Of a DNA stretch of 50,970 nt, positions 32,456 through 42,493 are shown one piece after another. Each line of letters begins with the position of its first letter. The stretch's first letter is position 1. The position numbers were made by a program, and so were the translations under genes. The DNA comes from Nitrospiraceae bacterium (GTDB taxonomy: Bacteria > Nitrospirota > Nitrospiria > Nitrospirales > Nitrospiraceae): contig JBQTIO010000109.1 in assembly GCA_052388075.1 (NCBI GenBank), positions 1 through 50,970 on the forward strand, in the 5' to 3' direction. Below the pieces are notes generated by a model that saw only the letters and a list, made by a program, of their open reading frames with translations, had not been told where the DNA came from and ran no database searches.

Positions 32456-33733
32456 TTATTCATACCGCAATGCGGCCACCGGTTCGAGCCTGGCCGCCTG
32501 GTTCGCGGGATACACGGTCGCGATAAAACTGATCAGGATCGCCGATCCCGCCACGAGCAGTACGTCCTCGGCCAGGACGTGTACGGGAATCGTCGAGATG
32601 TAGTACACGGTCGGATCGAAGGTCCAGAACGTCTGGATGAGCCAGAGAAACGCATAGCCGAGGGGAATGCCGATGGCTGTTCCGGAAAACCCGATAATCA
32701 GCCCGTTCAACATGAAGATCCGCCGGATACTCCGCGTGGTGGCGCCCATCGCTTTGAGAATCGCGATTTCTTTCTGTTTCTCGGTGACGATCATCGTCAG
32801 CGTGCTCACGATGTTGAACGACGCGACGATCGTAATCAGAACGAGCAGGAGGAACATCATCGTCTTTTCAAGCTTCAGGGCCGAGAAGAGATTGCGGTTC
32901 ATCTGCATCCAATCCCTGGCTCCGTGGCTGAAGCCCAACTCTCGCTCAATGTTGCGGGCGATCTCGCCCGCGTGGAACACGTCGGTCACCTTGACTTCGA
33001 TTCCGGACACGCTGGCCCCCATGTTGAAAAACTTCTCCGCCTCTCCGAGTTCGATATAGGCGAGGGACGAATCATATTCGTACATGCCCGAATTAAAGAG
33101 TCCTACCACGGCGAATGTTCGGATCTTGGGCACCATGCCCATGGCGCTAATCGGGCCGACCGGAGACACCACGTTGAGCGTGTCTCCCGGAAACACGCCC
33201 AGTCGAAGAGCCAGCTCTTTTCCGAGAATGATGCCGGGTCTTTCGACCAGCTGGGGCATCCCCTGCGGATCGTCGGCCGGGGTCTGTTTCACCTTCATCG
33301 GGATCAGCAGATCCGTCAATTGTCCCGATGACAGGTTCTTAGCCACTTCGGTGACCTGCGCCTCCCGCACCGGGTCAATCCCGCGCAGGACGATGCCTTG
33401 CACACCGGACTGCGAGGTGAGGAGGACCTGGCGGAGGACGAACGGCGTCGCGGCGACGACATCCGGAACAGCCCGGATTTTCTCGATGAGCGGATCGTAG
33501 TCCGTCATATTCTCCTTCATCCGCTCTTGCACGATGATATGGGCCGTGGTGCCGAGAATCTTGCTTTGGATGTCTTCTTTGAAGCCCGTCATGATGCCGA
33601 CCGTGCCGATGAGGGCGGCGACCCCGAGCGTGATGCCGGCGATCGATACGAAGGTGTTCAGCGAAATGGTCCGGTTGCGGCGCTTGGCACGTAAGTACCG
33701 AAGCCCAACGAAGATTTCGTAGGGGAGGGCCAC
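32456..33733 (-). CDS. lolC: Lipoprotein-releasing ABC transporter permease LolC/E
   Basis: GLRYLRAKR, IMTGF, GMYEYD, EKTMM, EIAILKAMGA, YYI..IP and ALRYE motifs; GTG overlaps the lysS stop. Confidence 0.92.
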   Translation of the reverse strand: MALPYEIFVGLRYLRAKRRNRTISLNTFVSIAGITLGVAALIGTVGIMTGFKEDIQSKILGTTAHIIVQERMKENMTDYDPLIEKIRAVPDVVAATPFVLRQVLLTSQSGVQGIVLRGIDPVREAQVTEVAKNLSSGQLTDLLIPMKVKQTPADDPQGMPQLVERPGIILGKELALRLGVFPGDTLNVVSPVGPISAMGMVPKIRTFAVVGLFNSGMYEYDSSLAYIELGEAEKFFNMGASVSGIEVKVTDVFHAGEIARNIERELGFSHGARDWMQMNRNLFSALKLEKTMMFLLLVLITIVASFNIVSTLTMIVTEKQKEIAILKAMGATTRSIRRIFMLNGLIIGFSGTAIGIPLGYAFLWLIQTFWTFDPTVYYISTIPVHVLAEDVLLVAGSAILISFIATVYPANQAARLEPVAALRYE

Positions 33734-35217
33734 TATGGTTTCTCCGGCCTGAGCTGGGGAAAGAGTACCACGTCGCGGATTGACGCCTGGTTGGTAAAGA
33801 GCATGATCAGGCGATCGATCCCGATCCCTTCACCGGCCGTGGGCGGCATGCCGAACTCCAGCGCGCGGAGGAAGTCCTCGTCGACGAGATGGGCTTCTTC
33901 GTCTCCGGCTTCGTGTTGGGCAGCCTGGTCCTCAAGCCGTGCGCGTTGATCCAAAGGATCGTTCAACTCTGAAAAGGCATTCGCGATTTCTCTTCCGGCG
34001 ATGTAGAGCTCGAACCGGTCGGTGAGAGCCGGGTTTGAGTCCTTGCGACGGGCCAGCGGAGACAGTTCGATCGGGTAGTCCGTGATGAACGTCGGCTGCT
34101 GCAGGCTGGGCTCAACGGTCTCTTCAAAAATCTCGTTCACGATGCTGACCAACGAGGCCTTGGGGTCAACCGGCAGGTTGAGCTGTCTGGCCGCCTCCAG
34201 GGCCTTATCCCGGTTCTGGAGCATGGACGCATCCAACCCATTCACTTCAAGAACGGCCTGGTGGTACGACCAGCGCCGCCAGGGTGGAGTGAGCGTGAGG
34301 GCCTGGCCCTGGTATTCGAGTACGGTCGAGCCGAGGATCTCCCGGGCCAGACCGGAAATGAGAGCTTCGGTGAAGATGATCAAGTCGTGATAATCGGCAT
34401 AGGCGAGGTAGAACTCCAGCATCGTAAATTCAGGGTTGTGAATGGTCGAGATGCCCTCATTTCTGAAATTGCGGTTGATCTCGAACACCCGCGGAAATCC
34501 GCCGACGATCAGACGCTTCAAGTACAATTCCGGCGCGACGCGCAGATACAGATCCACGCCCAGCGCGTTGTGATGCGTGACAAAGGGCTTGGCCGCGGCG
34601 CCGCCGGGAATCGGATGCATCATCGGCGTCTCGACTTCAAGAAACCCCTGCTCGATGAGAAAGGCCCGGATGCCGGCGATGATCCGGCTTCGCGTCGAAA
34701 AGATATGATGCACGTCAGGGTTGGCGATGAGATCGACGTACCGCTGTCGATAGCGGGTCTCGATATCGGTGAGTCCGTGCCACTTCTCCGGGAGCGGCCG
34801 GAGCGCTTTGCTTAGAAACGTCAGCTGATGCACCTCGACGGTGAACTCATTCGTCTTGGTGCGAAACAGGATCCCGGTGACCCCGATCCAATCGCCGAGG
34901 TCGAGTTGCTCCGTGACCGCGTAGGCCTGCGCAGTGAGCAGATCCTTCTTGAGATAGACTTGCAGGCGGTCGGCGCCGTCCTGCAGCACGGCAAACCCGG
35001 CCTTGCCGAAGCGGCGCAGGGCCACCACACGGCCGGCAAATGTGCAGGAAATCTTTTCCTGTGCGAGGATCTCTCTGGTTTTTTCACCGTGCAGTCTGAT
35101 GAGCTGCCCGGCTCTGTCTTTGACCTCGAAACGGGTGCCGTAGGGAGAAACGCCGGCCTCCCGGAGGGCATCGAGTTTGCTGATTCGCTGGCTCCGCTGT
35201 TCGTTCGGTTCGTCCAT
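33733..35217 (-). CDS. lysS: Lysine--tRNA ligase (class II)
   Basis: [44 protein letters not shown] and GIGIDRL motifs. Confidence 0.98.
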   Translation of the reverse strand: MDEPNEQRSQRISKLDALREAGVSPYGTRFEVKDRAGQLIRLHGEKTREILAQEKISCTFAGRVVALRRFGKAGFAVLQDGADRLQVYLKKDLLTAQAYAVTEQLDLGDWIGVTGILFRTKTNEFTVEVHQLTFLSKALRPLPEKWHGLTDIETRYRQRYVDLIANPDVHHIFSTRSRIIAGIRAFLIEQGFLEVETPMMHPIPGGAAAKPFVTHHNALGVDLYLRVAPELYLKRLIVGGFPRVFEINRNFRNEGISTIHNPEFTMLEFYLAYADYHDLIIFTEALISGLAREILGSTVLEYQGQALTLTPPWRRWSYHQAVLEVNGLDASMLQNRDKALEAARQLNLPVDPKASLVSIVNEIFEETVEPSLQQPTFITDYPIELSPLARRKDSNPALTDRFELYIAGREIANAFSELNDPLDQRARLEDQAAQHEAGDEEAHLVDEDFLRALEFGMPPTAGEGIGIDRLIMLFTNQASIRDVVLFPQLRPEKP

Positions 35218-35222
35218 GTCTT

Positions 35223-35300
35223 TGCAGACGGCACTCGGCTGTCAGCGCGCGGCAGTTAAAGATCGTCTTCCGGTCTGCTGACAGCTGATAGCTGGTCGCT
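35223..35300. repeat. Heptamer-built palindrome spanning the prfB stop codon
   Basis: tgcagac-ggcactc-ggctgtc-agcgcgc-ggcag ... ctgct-gacagct-gatagct-ggtcgct; the right arm lies inside the prfB CDS. Confidence 0.7.
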
Positions 35301-36402
35301 TCCTTTCGCGAGCTTCAGTTTCAGGTATGCTTCAATGAAGCCGTCGATCTCACCGTCCATGACAGCGGAGACATTGCCGGTTTCATGCGCGGTTCTGTGG
35401 TCTTTGACCAGCTGATAGGGCTGGAACACATAGGACCGTATCTGGCTGCCCCATGCGATCTCTTTCTTCTCGCCGACGATCGCATTGAACTCCGCTTCCT
35501 TTTTCTTCTGTTCGAGCTCGAAGAGGCGCGATTTCAGGATCTTCATCGCCCCATTTCTGTTCTGGAGCTGGGACCGCTCGTTCTGACATTGCACGACGAT
35601 GCCGGTGGGCAGGTGCGTGATACGGATCGCCGTCTCGACCTTGTTCACGTTCTGCCCGCCGGCACCACCCGACCGGAAGGTATCGATCCTGAGATCTTTC
35701 TCTTCGATCACCACGTCAATGTCCTCGTTAACCTCGGGATAGACGAACACCGAGGCAAACGAGGTATGTCGCCGCTTGTTGGAATCGAAGGGGGAAATGC
35801 GGACCAGGCGATGGACGCCGGCTTCCGCCTTCAAATACCCGTAGGCATAGGGACCGGTGATCGAAACGGTTACGCTCTTGATGCCGGCTTCGTCTCCGGG
35901 CAGCAGATCCAACGTTTCCACCTTGAACTTCTTGGCTTCGGCCCACCGCACGTACATACGGAGCAGCATCTGCGCCCAGTCCTGCGATTCCGTTCCGCCG
36001 GCCCCGGGATGGATGGCAAGAAGTGCATTGTTAGGATCCAGGTCGTCAGACAGCAACAGCTCGACGCGGAGGGCCGCCACGCGCGGTTCCAACTGCTGCA
36101 GTTCGGCGGCCAGTTCCCGTTCAAGCCCGGCGTCGCCGCTCTCGGCCGCCAATTCCAGCAGGGCGCCAAGGTCGCTTACCTTGCTTTCGATCTCGTGCCA
36201 CTGTTGAAGTTCCCGCTCAATCGTGGCTTTTTTCCGGCTGACAGCCGCGGCGGCGCGAGCGTCGTTCCAAAAATTTGGCTGTCCCATCTGGGTCTCGAGT
36301 TCGCGCAGATCGGACGCCATCCGGGCGAGGTCAAAGATGCCCCCGCAGCTCGGAAACCTGCTCGCCGATGGCGCGAACGCGAACCTGTACTTCGTCCAGC
36401 AT
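35256..36402 (-). CDS. prfB: Peptide chain release factor 2 (programmed +1 frameshift)
   Basis: ORF0 from ATG 36402 reads [23 protein letters not shown]-stop with GGGGG-CAT-CTT-TGA-C; the +1 frame continues DLARMASDL... and carries the SPF and GGQ motifs. Confidence 0.97.
36330..36345 (-). promoter_or_regulatory. RF2 autoregulatory +1 frameshift site
   Basis: CGGGGG CAT CTT TGA C, matching the canonical internal SD plus CTT-TGA-C cassette. Confidence 0.95.
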
Positions 36403-36419
36403 GCATCATCCTTCTCCCG

Positions 36420-38042
36420 CTACGCGGGGGTGACAGCGGTTGTGCCGTGAGCGGGTTCCTTCGTGCGGAAATAACCGTACAGACACAAAAGCGCGCAGAT
36501 TATAACACAGACGTAGGCAAACACATCTCCGTAGTAACTGTAAAATGTCCGGGCTTGCCTCACCGGAAGGCGCGCCTGTAGGACCTCTTCGGTGAACAGG
36601 GGCGTCGCCTGCATGATACGGCCGAAAGGATCGATGAAACCAGAAATCCCGGTGTTGGCGGCGCGCGCGATGGCCAGATGATTCTCCACCGACCGGAACA
36701 CCGCCATGGCAAAATGCTGCGCCGGCGCCGATGAACGGCCGAACCAACCGTCATTGGTGATCGTCACCAGCAATTCCGCGCCATTGCCCGCAGATTGGCG
36801 CACTAATTCAGGGAAAATCACCTCGTAACAAATCGCCACCCCGAACCTCACCGGCCGTGGAGCCGCCGGATTGGCGCCGCCCGGTGATTTGGGAGTGAAC
36901 GACAGCACGGTCGAACCAGGCCCTGCTTCGAAGTCGCCGATCCCTTCCACCAGTTTGTCGAGGAAAAATAGGAGCGACGATTTCAGTGGAATGTATTCGC
37001 CGAAGGGCACGAGATGGTGTTTGTCGTATCGCCCGAGGAGCGTGCCGTCGGGTGCGAGCAGATAGGCGCTGTTCAGCAGATAGGGTCTCCGATCCGGATA
37101 GAACCGCAGAGCCGGACTGCCGAGGAGAATCGGCGCCTTGGCACGATCCGCCCAGGCGATCAGCCTCACCTGATATTCCTTTTCCCGTTCCAGAATGAAC
37201 GGCGTCGCCGCTTCCGGCCAAACGACCAGGTCCGTGTCGGTTCCGAGCTGAGCGGTGAGGCGGTCGAGGCGCTGCATGGTCTCCTCACGGTAGGCGACAT
37301 CCCATTTCACCGCCTGATCGATGTTGGGTTGTACCAGGCCGACCGTCACCGAGGCTCGTAGGCGCGTCGTGGTGTCGGTGGTCAGCACCGTAGAACTGTA
37401 GAAGCTTGCAAAAAGCAGCAGTGAGGCCGTGGCAGTGAGGAGTTCCCACGGGAGTTTCGCCGGATGAAACCCGCGGAAAAACGGCATGAGCCACAGGAGC
37501 AGTTCGGCCAGTGCCAGATTGACCAGCACGATCAAGAACGAAATCCCGTAGACCCCCGTGTGATCTGCGATCTGAATCAAGTCCAACTCACGGTATTGCG
37601 AATAGCCCAGGAGACACCAGGGAAGTCCTGAAAGGAAGTACGTCCGCAGCAGCTCGAGCGAGACCCAGAAACAGGGGGCGAAGAAAATACCGTATCGCGG
37701 AATGATCTCACGCAACCAGACGACGGCAAAGCAATAGAGGGCAACGTACAGCCCCAGGTAGGCGGTCAGGAGCAACATGATGGCATAGCTGACGGGGGGT
37801 GGCACCTTCCCGTACATCGTCATGGCGGTCACCACCCAGGACATGATGCCGGTGAATCCGAGGAAACCGGCCAGCCATCCCAGCCAATAGGCCCGCCGTC
37901 GCGGGCATTGATCAAGAGCCACATGCAGCGGAATGAGGACGACCCAGGCGAGCAATCCGAGATCAAACTTGGGGAAACACAGCGGCAACAGTACCCCGCT
38001 CGCGCAGGCAAGGAGAATCTGGCGCGAACGAACTCGATCCAT
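36420..38042 (-). CDS. lnt: Apolipoprotein N-acyltransferase
   Basis: GLPW..LGYSQ, VQPNI, VWPEAA, YDKHHLVPFGEY, ICYE, TNDGWFG and RAANTGIS motifs. Confidence 0.96.
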   Translation of the reverse strand: MDRVRSRQILLACASGVLLPLCFPKFDLGLLAWVVLIPLHVALDQCPRRRAYWLGWLAGFLGFTGIMSWVVTAMTMYGKVPPPVSYAIMLLLTAYLGLYVALYCFAVVWLREIIPRYGIFFAPCFWVSLELLRTYFLSGLPWCLLGYSQYRELDLIQIADHTGVYGISFLIVLVNLALAELLLWLMPFFRGFHPAKLPWELLTATASLLLFASFYSSTVLTTDTTTRLRASVTVGLVQPNIDQAVKWDVAYREETMQRLDRLTAQLGTDTDLVVWPEAATPFILEREKEYQVRLIAWADRAKAPILLGSPALRFYPDRRPYLLNSAYLLAPDGTLLGRYDKHHLVPFGEYIPLKSSLLFFLDKLVEGIGDFEAGPGSTVLSFTPKSPGGANPAAPRPVRFGVAICYEVIFPELVRQSAGNGAELLVTITNDGWFGRSSAPAQHFAMAVFRSVENHLAIARAANTGISGFIDPFGRIMQATPLFTEEVLQARLPVRQARTFYSYYGDVFAYVCVIICALLCLYGYFRTKEPAHGTTAVTPA

Positions 38043-38050
38043 TGTGGGCT

Positions 38051-38079
38051 ACCATAGCGAAAGCATCCCTGAGTTTCAA
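38051..38079 (-). promoter_or_regulatory. Sigma-70 promoter of the lnt operon, probably leaderless
   Basis: TTGAAA-N17-TATGGT ending 8 nt before the ATG; no SD. Confidence 0.55.
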
Positions 38080-38156
38080 GGGAACACGTGATCGACCGGG
38101 AGCAAGATACCGGTCTGACGTGATTTTCTCGATCGAAAGAGGTATGGTAGCAACCG

Positions 38157-38486
38157 ATGGAACGGCGTCAACATCGCCGAGTGCAGGCGCAAGTCAGGAG
38201 TCTATTGCGCGCGAACTCGCACGAGGTCGAAGGCGAGACGATCGATCTTTCGCTCGGCGGGGCCAAGTTCGAGAGCCGCCTGGCCGTCCAACCGGGCAAG
38301 CAGATCGTCGTGAAGCTCATCATTCCGGGAGTCGAAGAACCGATCTACATCGATCAGGCACAGGTCCAGTGGATTCACGACCAGACCTTCGGCGTCAAGT
38401 TCCTGGAAGTTCGGCAGGAGGAACTGGATGAGCTGGAACAGTTGATCGACGAATGTTTTGCCCTCGACGAAGGCGGTAACTCGTGA
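38157..38486 (+). CDS. Single-domain PilZ protein
   Basis: ERRQHRR and DLSLGG motifs; VQW...FGVKF. Confidence 0.88.
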   Translation: MERRQHRRVQAQVRSLLRANSHEVEGETIDLSLGGAKFESRLAVQPGKQIVVKLIIPGVEEPIYIDQAQVQWIHDQTFGVKFLEVRQEELDELEQLIDECFALDEGGNS

Positions 38487-38586
38487 TGATCGAGGCGACC
38501 GCACTCCGCTCCAGGGCGCAGACCCACACACCGTCGCCTACGCGTGGTTTTCACAAGAGGAACTTGGGCACGGTTCAATGGTTTTC

Positions 38587-38615
38587 TTGACTCGTGCCAA
38601 GCCGACGCCTATTGT
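38587..38615 (+). promoter_or_regulatory. Sigma-70 promoter of the ncRNA
   Basis: TTGACT-N17-TATTGT placing the TSS at about 38622, the first base of the terminal stem. Confidence 0.75.
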
Positions 38616-38621
38616 AGTTCT

Positions 38622-38774
38622 GTGGGAGGAGTGAACGCCCCGAGGGAATGTGGTTCATCAGGGGATCGAGCGTTGAGGATGGTGTGCAGGACCAGCTTGT
38701 ACTGGGAAGCCTAAAGTCCTCCCGAGATCTCCGTCGTACCTAATCGTCCTCGGTTAGGTGCGTGCTCCTCCCAC
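38622..38774 (+). ncRNA. ssrS: Probable 6S RNA
   Basis: 153-nt rod: GTGGGAGGAGT/GCTCCTCCCAC, ACGC/GCGT and CCGAGG/CCTCGG closing stems; ~14x14-nt central bubble; GGGGATC/GATCTCC, GAGGAT/GTCCTC and CCAG/CTGG apical stems; has its own promoter. Confidence 0.75.
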
Positions 38775-38912
38775 CCAAACCCATCCCTCATCCGCTTGTC
38801 TTTTGTCTCCATTAGTCAACGTTGAAGAATTATTCTCGGCCGGGGTTTCCTCACGTGATCAATCTGTGTACAATGCCGCGCAATTTTCTTTCGAAGTCTC
38901 TTTCGAGGATGA

Positions 38913-41009
38913 ATGGCTCAATCTAAGGCTGCTACTGTCACGTCGAAGCCCGCCGCTGCTAGCAAGCCTGCCTCGCCGCCAGCCGCCACGAAGAAGGTTA
39001 TCGCCAAGCCGCCGCAGCAGGTGACGGCCGTTGAGATGGGCGCGCGCCAGCGGGAAATCTCCGTTTCCGAATTCTTCACGAAAAACCGGCACCTGCTCGG
39101 CTTCGACAACCCTCGCAAGGCGTTGCTGACCTGCGTGAAGGAGGCAGTGGATAACGCGCTGGATGCCTGTGAAGAAGCGGGAATTCTGCCTGATGTGATG
39201 GTCCGGCTTGAAGTTGTCCCAACGGGAGGGACCACACCAACGGCGAGCCAGGCGACCAGATTTCGAATCACCGTCCGGGACAACGGACCGGGGATCGTCC
39301 GCCAGCAGATCCCCAGGATTTTTGCCAAGCTGCTGTACGGGTCCAAGTTCCATCGCTTGCGCATGAGCCGTGGTCAGCAGGGCATCGGCATTTCTGCCGC
39401 CGGCATGTATGGACAGTTGACGACCGGCAAGCCGGTCACAATTATTTCACGCGCCGGGCCCAGAGCCGCCGCCCATTTCTTCGAAGTCCAGATCGACACG
39501 AAGAAGAACGAGCCGCTCGTCCACGAGAACAAGCGGATCGAGTGGGATCAGACGCAGGGAACCCAGGTCACGCTCGAAGTCGAGGGCAAGTACCAGAAGG
39601 GCCGTGCATCCGTCGACGATTGGCTGGAGCAAACCTCGATTGCCAATCCGCACGTGCGGTTGACCTACCACACGCCAGAGGGGGAGACGAAGGGGTATCC
39701 ACGGACGTACCATGAGTTGCCGCCATCGCCGCGTGAGATCAAACCGCACCCCTACGGGATCGAATTCGGCATGTTGCTGAAGATGTTGCAGGACACGAAG
39801 AGTCATACGCTCTCCGGTTTTCTTTCGAGCGATTTCTGTCGGGTCTCACCGCAGCTGGCCAACGAGGTATGTAAGAGCGCGAGGGTCTCGCCGAGCATGA
39901 AGCCGCGCGACGTGAAGGGTCATGCAGCGGAAGTCTTGTATCGGACAATCCAGGCGACCAAGATCATGGCGCCACCGACGAATTGCCTCTCGCCGATCGG
40001 CGAAAAGGCGATTCTCGCCGGGCTCTTCAAGCAGATCAAAGGCGAATTCTATACGGCCGTCAGCCGGCCGCCGGCCGTTTATCGTGGCAATCCGTTCATT
40101 ATCGAGGCGGGCTTGGCCTACGGAAATCGGCCGGAAGAGCAAAACAGGCCGGCACAGCCTGCCATGCCAAAAGCGGAAGGAGAACATGAACAGGATGACT
40201 CTGAACTGGCACGCGTCATTCGCTATGCCAACCGGGTTCCGCTGCTGTACCAGCAATCGGCCTGTTCGACCTTCAAGTCGGTGCTCAACACGACGTGGAA
40301 GAACTACGGTGTGACGCAGTCACGCGGCGCGCTGCCGGGCGGCCGGATGGTGATCTTTGTCCATATGGCGTCGGTCTGGGTTCCATTCACCAGCGAATCC
40401 AAGGAGGCGATTGCGGATTACGACGAAATCCAGAAAGAAATTACCCTGGCGCTGCGCGAGTGCGGCCGGCGGTTGGGCCTGTTTGTGCGCCGCCGCGAGC
40501 GGGCGGCGAGCGAGTATCGGCGGCGGAATATCTTTGAACTCTACATCGAAGAAGTGGTCGAGGCCTGCGACCGGCTTAAGGGGGGGAAGTTGCCGAAGGA
40601 CAAGCTCAAGACACAACTCCAGAAGATCGCCGCCTCGCGCACGGGCGGGACCAAGACCGACGAGGCGCTGGGCAAGTCCGACGGTGGACCGCAAGGCTTG
40701 CCCCATTCGATCATCGTGACAGAGGAGGGAGTCGAGGGAGAGGTCGCGCTCGCGTCACAAGTCGAAGCCGATCAGGTCCCGACCGTTGCGCCGATCGAAG
40801 CGGATGCGCCCGGGAAGGCGGGAGCAGCGGAGCAATTGGCAAAAGGGCATTCGCCCAGGATGCGTCCGGCAAAAGGGAACGGACCGAAACGTTCAAAGGG
40901 TAGAGACCACCAGATGGCGTTGTTCACCGAACAACCTGAACGGGTCAAACGATCCGCCGGGAAGCCGGCGAAAGCCTCGGCGCGCGGCTCATCTCATAAA
41001 AAGAAGTAA
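38913..41009 (+). CDS. top6B: DNA topoisomerase VI subunit B
   Basis: QREISVSEFF.KN, GHKL motifs (KEAVDNALDA, DNGPGI, GSKFH..SRGQQGIGIS), EIKPHP.G, RYANRVPL and VPFTSESKEAI. Confidence 0.94.
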   Translation: MAQSKAATVTSKPAAASKPASPPAATKKVIAKPPQQVTAVEMGARQREISVSEFFTKNRHLLGFDNPRKALLTCVKEAVDNALDACEEAGILPDVMVRLEVVPTGGTTPTASQATRFRITVRDNGPGIVRQQIPRIFAKLLYGSKFHRLRMSRGQQGIGISAAGMYGQLTTGKPVTIISRAGPRAAAHFFEVQIDTKKNEPLVHENKRIEWDQTQGTQVTLEVEGKYQKGRASVDDWLEQTSIANPHVRLTYHTPEGETKGYPRTYHELPPSPREIKPHPYGIEFGMLLKMLQDTKSHTLSGFLSSDFCRVSPQLANEVCKSARVSPSMKPRDVKGHAAEVLYRTIQATKIMAPPTNCLSPIGEKAILAGLFKQIKGEFYTAVSRPPAVYRGNPFIIEAGLAYGNRPEEQNRPAQPAMPKAEGEHEQDDSELARVIRYANRVPLLYQQSACSTFKSVLNTTWKNYGVTQSRGALPGGRMVIFVHMASVWVPFTSESKEAIADYDEIQKEITLALRECGRRLGLFVRRRERAASEYRRRNIFELYIEEVVEACDRLKGGKLPKDKLKTQLQKIAASRTGGTKTDEALGKSDGGPQGLPHSIIVTEEGVEGEVALASQVEADQVPTVAPIEADAPGKAGAAEQLAKGHSPRMRPAKGNGPKRSKGRDHQMALFTEQPERVKRSAGKPAKASARGSSHKKK

Positions 41010-41015
41010 ACCACC

Positions 41016-42119
41016 ATGGTCCAGAAGCAGAAGCACACGACCGCGGTCGCAAAGAAACTCGTGGGTCTTGCGGATATCGTGATCCACGCGGCGGAACGCT
41101 CGAAGGATCCGACCATTGCGATTCCCATTCGCGCCCTCTCGAATGTCTCGTTCAACGAGCGGAAGGGGCTCATCGAGATGGGCAAGAAGAAACAGGCCCG
41201 CTCGTTCTTCAACGTGGGGATGGCGAAGAAGTTCATGCAGACCGTCCTGGTGGCGGATGCTCTGTCCGAATTGCAACGAGCAGACCTCACGACGTCGCTT
41301 CGTGAAATCTACTACCGAACGAAGCACACCATCAAAGACTCGCATGAAAACACCTTCGATACCCAGGATGAATCCGATCCGGTCATCGAGGATCTGGAGG
41401 TTTCGCTCGCGGCCCTGCGCGAAGAGTTACATGTCCGGGCGGAGAACAGCGGCAGCATTGTCGGGCCGGTGGTGTTCGGTGACGACGGCGATCGGGTGGA
41501 CTGTTCCCGGCTCGGCAAAGGGGGCTATTCGGTCCCGTCGATCGTGGAGCCGGAGTACCTCGAGATCCGGCGCTGCACGGCGGACTTCGTCCTGCTGGTT
41601 GAAAAAGGTACGCAATGGAACCGCTTATCCGAGGATAAGTTCTGGCGGCGCTATAACTGCGTGCTACTGACCGGAAACGGCCAGCCGCCGAGGGGCGTCC
41701 GGCGCCTGGCGAGACGGCTGCATGAAGAACATCGGCTGCCGGTCTATGTGCTGGTGGATAATGACCCGTGGGGCTATTACATCTATTCGGTGGTGAAGCA
41801 GGGGTCGATTAACCTGGCATTCGAAAGCCAGCGCATGGCGATTCCGAAGGCGAAGTTTATGGGCTTGTCCAGCGCCGACCCGGAACGGTACGGGTTGCCA
41901 AGAAACGTCGGTATCAAGCTGAACGAGAAAGATATCGCGCGCGCCAAAGAGCTGATGAACTACCAGTGGTTTCAAAAACCTGCCTGGCAGACCGAGATCA
42001 AGCGCATGCTGGCCAGTGGGCTGAAGTACGAACTCGATGCCCTGGCGAACAAAGACTTTCAATACCTGACGAAGAAATATCTTCCCAGAAAACTCAAAGA
42101 GAAGGATTGGCTCGACTGA
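41016..42119 (+). CDS. top6A: DNA topoisomerase VI subunit A (Spo11 family)
   Basis: SLREIYY (catalytic Tyr), FDTQDESD.VIEDLE, TOPRIM VEKG and DNDPWG, G.GQP.R and K.ELDAL. Confidence 0.94.
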   Translation: MVQKQKHTTAVAKKLVGLADIVIHAAERSKDPTIAIPIRALSNVSFNERKGLIEMGKKKQARSFFNVGMAKKFMQTVLVADALSELQRADLTTSLREIYYRTKHTIKDSHENTFDTQDESDPVIEDLEVSLAALREELHVRAENSGSIVGPVVFGDDGDRVDCSRLGKGGYSVPSIVEPEYLEIRRCTADFVLLVEKGTQWNRLSEDKFWRRYNCVLLTGNGQPPRGVRRLARRLHEEHRLPVYVLVDNDPWGYYIYSVVKQGSINLAFESQRMAIPKAKFMGLSSADPERYGLPRNVGIKLNEKDIARAKELMNYQWFQKPAWQTEIKRMLASGLKYELDALANKDFQYLTKKYLPRKLKEKDWLD

Positions 42120-42221
42120 CGGGCCTCTGTCCTCTCCTTGCGCCGGCTTTTCGGCCGGTGCTAAGATCCAAACTCGATACCAGAACCGTAACTTCAGCCT
42201 CAACCCGTTTTCTGTCTGACG

Positions 42222-42488
42222 ATGCCCAACATCACCTTACTTGTATCGCCCAGCTGCGGAGCCTGCCCCTCGGCCAAGAGCCTCTGGAAGCAGTTGCGAG
42301 TGAAGTACAGTTTTTCCTACAGAGAAGTGGATATAACGACCAAGGATGGACAGGAACTCGCCGATCGCCATTCTGTTCGAGCAGTTCCGGCCACGATCAT
42401 CGACGGGCGATTGACGTTTGTCGGCGTCCCGAGCCGCGAAAGCGCGGAGAAAGCGCTGCAGCTCAAAATGAAACCACGAGAGGACTAA
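42222..42488 (+). CDS. Thioredoxin/glutaredoxin-like protein
   Basis: SPSCGACP, cis-Pro motif VRAVPA and IDG...FVGVP. Confidence 0.85.
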   Translation: MPNITLLVSPSCGACPSAKSLWKQLRVKYSFSYREVDITTKDGQELADRHSVRAVPATIIDGRLTFVGVPSRESAEKALQLKMKPRED

Positions 42489-42493
42489 GGCTC

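Noticed and set aside
36331-36333. prfB as a pseudogene or sequencing error
   Set aside because: The in-frame TGA lies in the canonical programmed frameshift cassette.
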